Source: Octopus sinensis (taxonomy: Eukaryota). Taken from it: DNA of 64,000 nt. The position numbers were made by a program, and so were the translations under genes. The stretch spans positions 11,470,001-11,534,000 of the forward strand of contig NC_043007.1 in the NCBI RefSeq assembly GCF_006345805.1. Direction: 5' to 3'. The notes under the pieces were generated by a model. It had not been told where the DNA came from, ran no database searches, and was given only the letters and a program-made list of their open reading frames with translations. Below, in pieces: positions 24,687 to 37,045 of the stretch (position 1 is the stretch's first letter; every line of letters starts with the position of its first letter).

Positions 24687-24724
<38 letters not shown>

Positions 24725-25049
24725 ATATGTATATATATATATACATATATATAACATCATCATCATCATCATCGTCATAGTTTAACGTAAATCTTCCATG
24801 CTGGGATGGGTTGGACGATTTGACTGAGGACTGGAGAGTCACTGGCTGGAGTCACTGAGAGGGCGTTTTGGAGTCTTACGAAGTACATCGTGTGAACACA
24901 TTGATTTTACCTCTGCCTCCTTAAATCATGTATCCAATGTTTGTTGAGTATATAAAAGTGATGACGAGATATTCGAAGCTTGCGTTAGATGTTAACATTT
25001 ATTTTGGTACAAAATCAAAGATAAAAAATCATTAACCTGGAAGACTTAT

Positions 25050-25930
25050 TGGCTTGCATGGTGCAGTTGCAACAGCAACAACAGCAGTTACACAACAACT
25101 ACAACAGCAACAACAACAATACCAACAGTTACTGGAAGTAATGGTGAAGAAGTCTGAAAATATTTCAGGTTCGTTCTCATCAGACAGCGTAGCAAACTCA
25201 ATTGGAGAATTTATTTAATTCTCAGAAGGTACTACTTTTTCTGCATATTTTTAGAAGATACAAAGAAATCTTCAAAGAAGAATGTAAAAACTGGAATGAC
25301 GAGAAGAAGGAGCAACTACGTTTACGAAAGTTATCCCCTGCCAATCATGAAATATACTGTAATTATATTCTGCTGAAGAAACCAGGTGAAATTTGTTTCG
25401 ATGAAACGATTAATATGTTATCTAGAATTTTCAGTGAAAAAAGTTCCCTGTTCAATACTCATTGGCAATATTAAAACTTGGTTAAAAAGATGATGAACTG
25501 TTTGTCACCTATGCTAGGGTTGCTAACAGAGAGTATGAAAAATTCAAACTAAATGAATTAACCTCAGATTTGTTTAAATGTCTAATTTTTGTTAAAGGTT
25601 AACTGCAAGAAAAGATGCTAATATACGTTCCCGTTATTAACAAAATTAGAACAGGACCAAAAATTAACTCTACAGGCAGTGGCTGAAGAATGCCAGAGGA
25701 TTATAAATTTAAGACATGACGCGAATAAAACTGAAGAAAAAGATTGTGCTCAGATACATGCGTGTCGACCTGAAATGGATAAAAAAAAGGAAAAACAAAT
25801 GTCAAGACCAAATCCATGCTATGGATGCTGAGGTTTACATTTTAGAAGTAATTGTCCTTTTAAAAATCATAAATGTTTTGATTGAGGAAAAATCGGACAT
25901 AAAAGCTCACATTATATAGCAAAGCAAAAA
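25050..25930 (+). pseudogene. gag: Gypsy gag remnant (poly-Q N-terminus, double zinc-knuckle remnant)
   Basis: FRRYKEIFKEECKNWNDEKK..YCNYIL.KKP.EI.FDETI..LS.IFSEKSSLFN resembles Mag/K02A2.6-type gag; degenerate CCHC-like residues at ~25810-25920. Confidence 0.7.
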
Positions 25931-26019
25931 AGTGTCAAACAAAAAAATTCTAGAAAGGCTGTATTATTAACAAAAACTCTAAGCGAGGCTCAGAAAACAA
26001 AATTTGTGTCCATAAAAAT

Positions 26020-27950
26020 GAATAATGGGAATAACAAGTTACAATTGGATACGGGTAGTGATGTCATGACGGTTAATGCAGATACATGGAGGAAAATAGG
26101 GAAACCTAGATTGAAGGAAACTTCGAAAATCGCACGAGGTGTTTCAGCAAAAAATTGCATTTTATGGGCGAAATGATAAGTGGTATTATATTTCGTAGAA
26201 TAACCTTAAAAGTCAAAGTTTTCATGTGGAAAAATACAACAAATTTATTTGAAATAGACTAGATGGAACTATTTGACTTATGGGACCTCCCCATAAATAT
26301 TTTTAATAAAAATGTGAATGGTTCTTCAGCCAGTACAAATAAGGTATCAGAGGATTTTAAAAAAGAATCTTTTAAAAATTTTCCTGAAGTTTTTTCTGAG
26401 GAATTGGGTCTTTGCACCAAAACAGAAGCGAAGTTTCAAGTGAAAGAAAATGCTATACCGGTATTTAAACCTAAATGAACGGTCCCTTTCGCAGCATTGT
26501 ATCAAGTCAACGAAGAATTGGATAAACTTGAAAAGCTTGGTGTTATTGAAAAAACTGATTACACAAAATGGGTGTCCCCAACAGTTTATGTCAAGAAAAA
26601 AATATAATTAAATCCGAGTATGCACTGATTTTTCAACGGGATTAAACGAATGTTTGATGCCATATAATTACCTGTTACCAAGTCCGGAGAAAATTTTCAC
26701 GAAGTTGAATGGAGGAAAATTTTTTTGAAAGTTGGAGCTATCTGAAGCATATTTTGAGGTGAAAGTCGATGAGGAATGTTCAAAATTATTGAGAATAAAT
26801 ATCCATAAAGGATTGTATCAATTTAATCGACTCTCCTTTGGTATAAAGGTAGCACCTGGCATTTTCCAACAAATTATGGACATTATGCACGCAGGTTCAG
26901 ATTTCGCTGTAGCTTACCTTGACGACATACTCGTAAAAAGTGAATCTCAGGGTCAGCATGCTGAGCATGTTAAAAAGGTCTTCAAAAGAATGAAAGGTCA
27001 TGGATTTAAGCTCAGTGAGGAAAAGTGAGAATTTTTATGCTAAGAATAAAATATCTATGGCAGATTATTGATGAAAATGGATGCAGACCAGACCCGTCTA
27101 GGGTGAGTACAATAAAAAAAATATGCCTCCCCAATAAACATTACAACTTACAAGCATTTTTGAGGCTTGCAAATTACTACCAGATATACATACCGAATAT
27201 TAAAGAGCACCCCTGAATAACTTGTTAAAAAAAGACTTTAAGTGAACTGGTTGGAGAAATGCCAAAAAAGCTTTTGAAGAAATTAAAAACGTCTTAACGT
27301 CAGAATTGTCGTTGTTACATTTTGACCCGAATTTAGAAATAGTAGTGGCAGCAGATGCTAGTGAAAGTGGTATTGAAGTGGTGATTTTACACAAATATGA
27401 AGATGGTAACCTGGAAGCAGTAGCTTATGCTTTGCACTCATTATTGCTGGCTGAGAAAAGTTAGTTAAATAGAAAAAGTGGCATTAGCTATCATACTTGC
27501 AGTAGAAAAATTCCATGAAATTTATACATGGAAGGAGGTTCTGTCTGCAGACAGACCATTACCCATTATTGCTGATCCATGGATCAAAATAGTGTATCCC
27601 CACACATAGAACCAACAAATTGCAGTGCTGGGGAACGATCCTACTCAATTATGACTTAAAAATGCAGTATTTGCCATCGAAAAATTGGGACATGTAGATG
27701 GTTTGTAAAGGTTAATTACAAAATACAGTGAACCACTGGAAGACATAGTGACAGCAGCACTAAGAGGTGAAAATGAAATAAAAACTATATTGTGCAATGT
27801 TGTGCATGAATTGCCTGTGACATTGGAGGAAATAAAAATTAAGGCAGAGACGAATGAGTTTATCATAAAAATGAAAAAAATAGTAAAAGCAGAAGAAACA
27901 AATAAAAAAATACGTGTGGCTGGACGTAACACAATTTCGAATTTGTATTA
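26020..27950 (+). pseudogene. pol: Gypsy pol remnant: aspartic protease, RT, RNase H
   Basis: LQLDTGSD (protease); GLYQFNRLSFGIKVAPGIFQ and AYLDDILV (RT); VAADASESG (RNase H); many stops and frameshifts. Confidence 0.9.
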
Positions 27951-27954
27951 GATA

Positions 27955-28094
27955 TACTCTTTACTCTTTTACTTGTTTCAGCCATTTGACTGCGGCCATG
28001 CTGGAGCACCGCCTTTAGTCGAGCATATCGACCCTGGGACTTATTCTTTGTAAGCCCAGTACTTATTCTATTGGTCTCTTTTTGCTGAACCGCT
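27955..28094 (-). mobile_element. SINE family A tail fragment nested in Gypsy pol
   Basis: Interrupts pol just before ..CDNMFMYAQR. Confidence 0.85.
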
Positions 28095-28104
28095 GTGTGA
28101 TAAT

Positions 28105-28992
28105 ATGTTTATGTATGCACAGAGGGCTGTGATGACTACCTCACTACAAGGTCGAATGTTAAAGGAATTCCACACTGGACATCCAGGAATTTCTAGGATG
28201 AAGTTGCTTATTAGGAGTTATGTTTACTGGCCAAAAATGGATCTAGATATTGAGAAATTGGTAAAATCCTGCAGAGGTTGTGCTCATGTAGCAAAATCAC
28301 CACCTATAAAATTTCAGCCTTGGCCCAAGACTGATATTCCATGGTCCAGACTACACATAGATTTCACAGGACCATTAAACCAATCATATTATCTAATAGT
28401 GGTAGGGAGCTTTTCAAAAAGGTCAGAAATGTGTAAATGTAGAAAACTGACATTCACGGTAACAGTGGAATTTCTACACAAACTCTTTGCTAGGTATGAT
28501 GTCCCAGATACCATAGTATCTGATAATGGTACACAATTCACGGCGAATGAATTTAAGAATTTTTGCAAGATGTACTCAATTGAACATATCACTACTCTTC
28601 CGTATCACCCAAGATCAAGCAGGCAAGCTGAAAGGTTTGTAGATACATTTAAAAGAGCATTAAAGAAACCAAGAAATGAGCAAATCGATGACATAGCATT
28701 GACACAATTCTTGAGGGTTTATAGGATAACATCAAACCCAAACACTTTATCAGGCAAGTCGCCTGCAGAACTAATGTTCGCTCAAAAAATAAAGTCAATT
28801 TACGATAAGCTGTTACCAGAAAGAAAAACAAATAGGAAAAACACTAAATATACAACAAAGCATTTTAATATCGGTGACAAGGTGTTTTTCAAAAGATATA
28901 TAAATGGAAGGACAAAGCTGGGAAGACGGAGTAGTAAGAAAAAGAAAAGGCAAAATGGTATATATGATAAGAGGCGAAAAATGAGAACATGA
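28105..28992 (+). pseudogene. pol: Gypsy integrase (HHCC plus DD35E), open for 295 codons
   Basis: EFHTGHPG..CRGC, LHIDFTGP, VSDNGTQF followed by 35 residues to the E of QAERF. Confidence 0.92.
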
Positions 28993-29407
28993 AAGACATT
29001 TAAACGAGCTAAAAAATAGATACCCATGGCACTGTTGTACAACACTTTTGATGTTCCAATGCCACAAGAAATCAAACCTAGTCGTGACAGTACAAGAAAA
29101 AGGAAACAAACAGAATGGTTCAATGTAGTGTCTAAACGGAACAAATATTAAATTTCCCGAGGAGGAAAATCTCAGCAAGGGAGATGTGATGAAAGAAAAA
29201 TAAAATAGATAATAATAATAATAATAATAATGATTTGATGTTCCAACGCCACAAAAAATCAAGCCTAGTCATAGCAGTACAAGAAAAAGGAAACAAACGG
29301 AACAGTTCGATGTAGTGTCTAAACAGAACAAATATTAAATTTCCCTGGGAGGAAAATCTCAGAAAGGGAGATGTGATGAAAGAAAAATAAAATAAAATAA
29401 ATAAATA

Positions 29408-29463
<56 letters not shown>

Positions 29464-30879
29464 TAACTTCCAATGGAAGTCAATCTCAAAGGCGGAGACG
29501 TAGCGAGAGTCATTGACAACCTTGAGAGATTGGAAGAATGGACTAGCCGAACTCTTATAAAGAGTATCATATTGATTGAGACGACGAGGTTGGTAGGAGT
29601 CATTGAGAGGGCGTTTGGGAGTCTCACGAAGTACGCCATGTGAACATATTGATTTTACCTCTGTCTTCTTAAATTATATATCCAACGTTTGTCGAGGATA
29701 TAAAAATATGTCTATTATACACCTTTTTAAACTCGTGGTTACCTGTATGTACGTTTGTAAATGCATGTGTTTGTGTGTGTGTGTGTGCGTGTGTATGTGT
29801 GTGTGTATGTATATGAGCGTGCGTGCATGCATGTGGGTGTGTGTCCTTTTGTCACCCCACTGCCACCACCTGACAACTAGCGTTAGTTTGTTTACATCCC
29901 TGTAACCCAACAGCTTGGCAAAAGAGACTAATAGAACAAGTGCCAGTCTTAAAAAATAAGTTCTGGGGTCAATTTCTTTAACTAAAACCCTTGAATTCGG
30001 TGCTGCATCATGCCTGGAGTCCAATGACTGAAACAAGTAAAAGAAGAATATATAAAAGACAATTCCAACACCGACTGCCATTTAGCTTAAATAGACACAG
30101 GCGTGACTGTTTCCTAAGAAGCTTGCTTCCCAGCCATGTGGTTCTGGGTTCAGTCCCACTGCATGGTACCTTGGACAAATGTCCTCTACTATATCCTCAG
30201 GCCGAGTGAATTGGGAAACAGAAACTAAAAGAAGCCTATTGTGTGTGTGTGTAGGGGGGGAGATTGTCCCCTACCACCACTGGACAACCAGTGTTGGTGC
30301 ATTAATGGTTCACCAAAAGAGATTGATAGAATGAGTATTAGGTTTTAAAAATAAAAACAGTACTGGAGTCAGTTTATTTGACTAAAATTCCTTCAATGTG
30401 GTGCCCCAGCATGGCCATGGTCCAATGACTGAAATAAGTAAAAGGTGAAAAAAGGTAAAAAGTTGGCCTCATAAATTAAAAGCAGAGTTTTTTTTATTAT
30501 TATTATTGTTAATGTCTTGTACAAAGGTATGCATGTCGTGCAATATAATTTCTCAAATATTGTTAAAATTTGAGAAATTATACTTTACTGTGAAACCATT
30601 TGTTTTGATATAAACTGATACTTCTGTTACCGCTTCTGAGTATTACTGCCTGTTGAGGTTCTGTGGTCTTCCATTCTGGCTGAGAGGATTCTGAGAATTT
30701 GGCTGACATGATGCTAAGGCTGTATAAATTATCTTCATCTCGCATTTATTTATAAGAATTTCATGATGTTTCACACAGCTGGGATTTATACTTCTCTGTA
30801 GAGTGGCATGCAACAAGAATTTCTGTAGTCTAAGCCTGAAATTCTATATTATTTAAATGTATCACCACAACTTCATCTA

Positions 30880-30882
<3 letters not shown>

Positions 30883-30918
<36 letters not shown>

Positions 30919-31029
30919 GATTATTATTTTGATTCTTCTTCTTCTTCTTCGTTTTCTTCTTCTTCTTCTTCTTCTTCTTCTTCTTCTTCTTCTTCTTCTT
31001 CTTCTTCTTCTTCTTCTTCACGAATCCCC

Positions 31030-31080
<51 letters not shown>

Positions 31081-31186
31081 GATTATTATTTTGATTCTTC
31101 TTCTTCTTCTTCTTCTTCTTCTTCTTCTTCTTCTTCTTCTTCTTCTTCTTCTTCGTCTTCTTTCTTCTTCTTCACGAATCCCCCTA
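30883..31186. repeat. Duplicated compound microsatellite (ATT)n-(CTT)n-cacgaatcccc
   Basis: Two consecutive units share the atgattattattttgatt and cacgaatcccc interruptions. Confidence 0.85.
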
Positions 31187-32671
31187 TCAGAATTTGAACT
31201 CTTGTTAAATTACATTACATCAAAGCTTGGCATCAGTTTCTGTATTAACATTTTTATAGAACATTGTCGATAATGTTTGGTTGCCAGACCCAGAAATTCT
31301 ACATTATTTAAATGTAATATCAGCAATTTCATCTATATATTCATCTTTATGAATTTCTTATCGGAATTTGTACATTTAAATCTTGTTAAATTATATAATA
31401 ACATATCAAGGCTGGTTTCAATTTCTGTATTTATACAGAACATTGTCAATAACATTTGGTAGTAATCAGCGAATTGTTAGGTGTGGTAGATTGTTCAAAT
31501 GTTTGCCTAATACTTTCATCGGAGTTAATTCTCACAGGCGTTGATTTTTGCCTTTCATCCCGTCAGGATTGCTAAAATGGAAAGCATTAATATAATGCGA
31601 TCGATTCAATAGTCTTTATTCTTTCCCTGCTAGAATATTGGGCTGTTATTTTAATCCTGTGGACAGTTAATTTAAAATGTAAAGCTTTAACATATTTTTC
31701 TTATACCCCCTTTTTTCTGATGCAACAAGCAGTTTAGCCAACATTATTTACTGAAGCCACAAATTAAATGTCACAGAACACATTTGTGGTTTACCAGCCA
31801 TGATTCTCTCTCATTTTTTTGTTGTTGTTTTTTTTTTTTTGGTGTGTACCTCCACACTTGACATATATTACTGCTGAAATTGGTTTCCAATGTTCATTCA
31901 AGCAAAATACATTTATACCTGCAGACAACATGTCTGGAATTCTTTGAAGGAATCAATCAAAGCAGTGTTTGAAAGAGCAAGAATCTTTTATTTCTTTTAT
32001 AGATTTCGAGTTAGGGGCAGATGATGGCACTGAATAGTGTAGCTTCAAATGAATGTGAGATAGTCGAGTTGATTTGTATTTGATTTCTGAAAAGGGTGTA
32101 GATGCAGTGAGGGATTTCTAACAATGAGATGGATACAATTTATGATAGATCTTTCTATTATAGACATAACGTTGTCATGGTTACATTGCTACATATTTAT
32201 ATTAGATCTCTATTAGTAATGCTCAACAATGCCTGTATATCTTAGTGTTGCATCACAGCCATGATCTGCAGATATCGGTTTTCGCAGCCCTGTCTTTCTA
32301 ACTTCCAGAATTCCAGAATCTCAGTTCTTTTCCTTTCAGTTCCAGTCTCCTGATGCATCAGTTGTCATCAGCTTCCTCCCACCCTGGTATCTTGGAGCCA
32401 TACAGAGTACTTCCATTGTGTTTCTTTTATTTTTCTCTCTCTCTCAGCCGCACATGCCCACCTTGGCATTAAAATTGTTGCTGGCCATTACTTCTTTATC
32501 CTAAAATGAGTTCTCCAAACAAAAGTTATTGGGCTGTCAGATAAATTCATTCCTTTCTTTCCAATGTTATCTCAATTATCGTGAAAAATCTTTTCATGGT
32601 AGAGATTTGGAATTGTCTTTTTGTTGCTCTATTCTTTTTTATTTCATCCAGTTTCAGCTCATGAAACTAGA

Positions 32672-33073
32672 GGCATAGGAGTGGCTGTGTGGTAAGTAGC
32701 TTGTTTACGAACTACATGATTCTGGGTTCATTCCCACTGCGTGGCACCTCGGGCAAGTGTCTTCTACTATAGCTTCAGGCCGACCAAAGCCTTGTGAGTG
32801 GATTTGGTAGACGGAAACTGAAAGAAGCCTATCGTATGTATATATATGTATGTATGTGTGTGTATATGTTTGTGTGTCTGTGTTTGTCCCCCAACAATGC
32901 TTGACGACCGATGCTGGTGTGTTTACATCCCTGTAACTTAGCGGTTCGGATAGAATAAGTAGTAGGCTTTGAAAGAATAAGTCCTGGAGTCAATGTGCTC
33001 GACTAAAGGTGGTGCTCCAGCATGACTGCAGTCAAATGACTGAAACAAGTAAAAGAGTAAAGAGTAAAGAGAG
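32672..33073 (+). mobile_element. SINE family A, full length
   Basis: Family consensus. Confidence 0.9.
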
Positions 33074-33916
33074 TATTCTTTGTCTACAAATTTTATTTAT
33101 CATTTTTGAAATTTCAAATAATTTTACCTTTTTTGTAGACATATAATAATGGTATGATTAGTAAAAAAAAACATGTTCATTTTTGAAATCTGCTTTTTAT
33201 TTTTGCTTCTATTCAAAGTTCCAAAGGTGCCAAATTCACTCCAGACATTTGAGCTGCTATACAGAAAATATGATATTAATGAGAGACCTGCACTGAAATG
33301 GTTTATGCACTTTAAGGAGGGGAAATTCAACCTTACAGGCTTTCTGTGTTGCAGCCAAGCTGTTCCGTTCAACGAAGATCAATTGAACAATCACAGGTAT
33401 GGCAGTGTGGTAAGAAGTCTGCTTCACACCCACATGATTCTGGGTTCAGCCCCACTGCATGGCACCTTGGGCAAGTATTTTCTACTATAGCCTCAGGCTG
33501 ACCAAAGCCTTATAAGTGGATTTGGTAAATGAAAACTGAAGGAAGCCTGGTGTACATGTATATATGTATGTTATTGTGTCTGGGCTTGTCCACCACCACC
33601 ACCACTGCTTGACAACTGTTGTTGGTGAGTTTATGTACCTATAACTTAGTGGTTCAACAAAAGAGACTGATAGAATAAGTATTAGGCTTTAAAAATATTT
33701 AAGTACTGGGATGAATTCATTCGACTAAATAATTCTCCAATGTGGTGCTTCAGCATGGCCACAGACTAGTGACTGAAACAGGTAAAGGATAAAAGATAAA
33801 CCCTAAACATCCATGGTTCCATGCCAATCTATAAAAGAATTGGCCCAGCAGATGGGATGCTCTCATAATGCTGTCACACATCACCTTCTCTTGGTGTCCA
33901 ATCCAGCTGAAACAAA

Positions 33917-34505
33917 GGTGGCGAGCTGGCAGAAACATTAGCACGCCGAGTGAAATGTGTAGCTGTATTTCGTCTGCCATTATGTTCTGAGTTCAAATTC
34001 CGCTGAGGTCGACTTTGCCTTTCATCCTTTCGGGGTCGATTAAATAAGTACCAGTTATGCACTGGGGTCGATATAATCGACTTAATCTGTTTGTCTGTCC
34101 TTGTTTGTCCTCTCTGTGTTTAGCCCCTTGTGGGTAGTAAAGAAAGAGGTATTTCGTCTGCTGCTACGTTCTGAGTTTAAATTCCGCTGAGGTCGACTTT
34201 GCCTTTCATCCTTTCAGGGTCGATAAATTAAGTACCAGTTATGCACTGGGGTCGATATAATCGACTTAATCCATTTGTCTGTCCTTGTTTGTCCTCTCTG
34301 TGTGTAGCCCCTTGTTGGTAGTAAAGAAATAGGTATTTCGATGCCGTTATGTTCTGAGTTCAAATTCCGCTGAGGTCACTTTGAGGGTCAATTAAATAAG
34401 TTTCAGTTATGCACTGGGGGGGGTCAATGTAATCGACTTAATCCCTTTGTCTGTCCTTATTTGTCCCCTCTACATTTAGCCCCTTGTGGGCAATAAAGAA
34501 ATAAA
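33917..34505 (+). repeat. SINE family B tandem trimer (184-bp period)
   Basis: gtatttcg register at 33964, 34148 and 34332. Confidence 0.92.
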
Positions 34506-34721
34506 TATTATGAACACATGCACTGGTTCAATTCCACTCCTTTATCATTAGTCAATTGGTTAAATATCCAACTAATTAATCAATTGTTTGTTTAATTTGA
34601 CTTACTGTTTAACCAAATTAAGCAAACAATTAATTAGTTAGTTGGATATTTAACTAGTTTGCATGTGTTAATAACATTGACCTGATGACTCTCTAAAAAC
34701 GAACAAAATAAAATTTACAGG

Positions 34722-35111
34722 TTTACTCTTTTACTCTTTTACTTGTTTCAGCCATGTGACTACGGCCATGCTGGAGCACCGCCTTTAGTCGAGCAAATCG
34801 ACCCCAGGACTTATTCTTTGTAAGCCTAGTACTTATTCTATCAGTCGCTTTTGCCAAAGCGCTAAGTTACGGGGACGTAAACACACCAGCATCGGTTATC
34901 AAGTGATGTTGGGGTGACAAACACAGACACACAAAAACACACACACATATATATATACATATATATGATGGGCTTCTTTCAGTTTCCATCTACCAAGTCC
35001 ACTCACAAGGCTTTGGTCGACCAGAGGCTATAGTAGAAAACCTTTGCTCAAGGTGCCACACAGTGGGACTGAACCTGGAACTATGTGGAACTTACCACAC
35101 AGCCACCCCTG
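34722..35111 (-). mobile_element. SINE family A
   Basis: Family consensus, reverse complement. Confidence 0.88.
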
Positions 35112-35313
35112 TTTGTTAAAATTGTTTATGGAAATTAAGTATTAAAATAAATGGCAAAATCCAAAAGAATTTATCTGACAACTTGATATTTGTTCTATTT
35201 TCATGTGGCGTACATGTTGAAATTAACAGAGTGTATATCCTTTGCACATAGACATTTCGTGTCAGGAATTCATGGCCAAAAATATAAAATTTTTCACACA
35301 GCAAGGAATTTCA

Positions 35314-35716
35314 GGCGCAGGAGTGGCTGTGTGGTAAGTAACTTGCTAACCAACCACATGGTTCTGGGTTCAGTCCCACTGCATGGCATCTTGGGCAAGT
35401 GTCTTCTGCTATAGCCCCGGGCTGACCAAAGCCTTGTGAGTGGATTTGGTAGATGAAAACTGAAAGAAGCCCATCATATATATGTATATATATATATGTG
35501 TGTGTATGTGTTTGTGTGTCTGTGTTTGTCCCCCCAACATCGTTTGACAACTGATGCTCGTGTGTTTACATCGCCATAACTTAGCGGTTCGGCAAAAGAG
35601 ACCGATAGAATAAGTACTAGGCTTACAAAGAATAAGTCCTGGGGTTGATTTGCTCGACTAAAAGGTGGTGCTCCACCATGACCACAGTCAAATTACTGAA
35701 ACAAGTAAAAGAGTAA
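35314..35716 (+). mobile_element. SINE family A, full length
   Basis: Family consensus. Confidence 0.9.
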
Positions 35717-36043
35717 AAATTGGAAGCCCATTGTATATGTGTTTGTCCACCCCCACTTTACAACTAGTTTTAGTTTGTTTACATCCCTGTAGTTCAAAAG
35801 TTTCAGCAGAAGTGTCTGATACAAAGAGTACCAGTTTTAAAAAGAATAAGTACTTGGGTTAATTTGTTCAACTAAAACCTAGAAGGGGCTGCCCCAGCAT
35901 GGCCACAGTTCAGTAACTGAAACAAGTAAAAGATAAATGAAGGGAGTGGACTCAGAATGGTTTTGCCAGCTACTGATAACAAAACTGACCCTGTTAGAAG
36001 CAAACAAGGGCCAGGTGATAGTTGTTTACCAGGAGGTGTGAAA

Positions 36044-36467
36044 TACTCTCTCTTTTACTCTTTTACTTGTTTCAGTCATTAGACTGCGGCCATGCTGGAG
36101 CACCACCTTCTGTTGAGCAAATCGACCCCAAGACTTATTCTTTGTAAGCCTAGTACTTATTCTATCGGTCTCTTTTGCTGAACCGCTAAGTTATGGGGAC
36201 GTAAACACACCAGCATCGTTTGTCAAACGATGTTGGGGGGACAAACACAGACACACAAACATATACACACACACATATATATATATATCTATATATATAT
36301 ATATACGACGGGCTTCTTTCAGTTTCCGCCTACCAACTCCACTCACAAGGCTTCGGTCAGCCCGAGGCTATAGTAGAAGACAGTTGCCCAAGATGCCACG
36401 CAGTGGGACTGAACCTGGAACCATGTGGTTGGTAAGCAAGCTACTTACCACAAAGCCACTCCTGCAC
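36044..36467 (-). mobile_element. SINE family A, full length
   Basis: Family consensus, reverse complement. Confidence 0.9.
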
Positions 36468-36641
36468 GTATATGAGGGTAAATATTACAAATTGATTCAG
36501 ATTCTTCTTTTTGGAATAATTTGAGACAAAATGTTGAACTGTAAGTTTTATGAGAGCTTCTAGCTGTTTTTTAAAGAGTAAAATATGTAATAAATTATCA
36601 TATGTACAATGAACAATTAGAATAAAAACAGTCTTGCAACA

Positions 36642-37045
36642 GACGCAAGAGTGGCTGTGTTGTAAGTAGCTTGCTTACCAACCACATGGTTCCGGGTTCA
36701 GTCCCACTGCGTGGCACCTTGGGCAAGTGTCTTCTACTATAGCCTCAGGCCGACCAAAGCCTTGTGAGTGGATTTTGTAGACGGAAACTGAAAGGGGCCC
36801 GTCGTATATATTTATATGTATATGTATGTGTGTGTTTCTATGTCTGTGTTTGTCCCCCCAACATCGTTTGACAACCGATACTGGTGCATTTGCGTCCCTG
36901 TAACTTAGCAGTTTGGCAAAAGAGACCGATAGAATAAGTATTAGGCTTACAAAAAATAAGTCCTGGGCTCGATTTGCTTGACTAAAAGTGGTGCTCCAGC
37001 AAAGCCGCAGTCAAATGACTGAAACAAGTAAAAGAAAGAAAAGAA
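36642..37045 (+). mobile_element. SINE family A, full length
   Basis: Family consensus. Confidence 0.9.

Larger units (their letters stand above)
24258..24698. repeat. 440-bp palindrome made of two copies of the hammerhead-bearing repeat
   Basis: ~220-bp arms, 4-nt loop GCAA (24479-24482), one substitution and one 5-nt indel. Confidence 0.95.
24848..29705 (+). mobile_element. Decayed Ty3/Gypsy (Mag-like) LTR retrotransposon
   Basis: Shared LTR segment 24848-24957 vs 29596-29705 (14 mismatches in 110 bp, mostly transitions); order gag-PR-RT-RNH-IN; PPT aaaggcggaga at 29488-29498. Confidence 0.92.
32529..35186 (+). mobile_element. Old internally deleted mariner interrupted by several SINEs
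   Basis: TA|ttgggctgtcagataaattc and gaatttatctgacaacttga|TA (16/20 match); HTH remnants INERPALKWFMHFKEGKFNL (~33270-33330) and QSIKELAQQMGCSHNAVTHHL (~33817-33880). Confidence 0.6.

Noticed and set aside
30544-30582. 15-bp perfect hairpin as a terminator or regulatory site
   Set aside because: AT-rich and isolated; bacterial-type terminators are irrelevant here and there is no supporting context.
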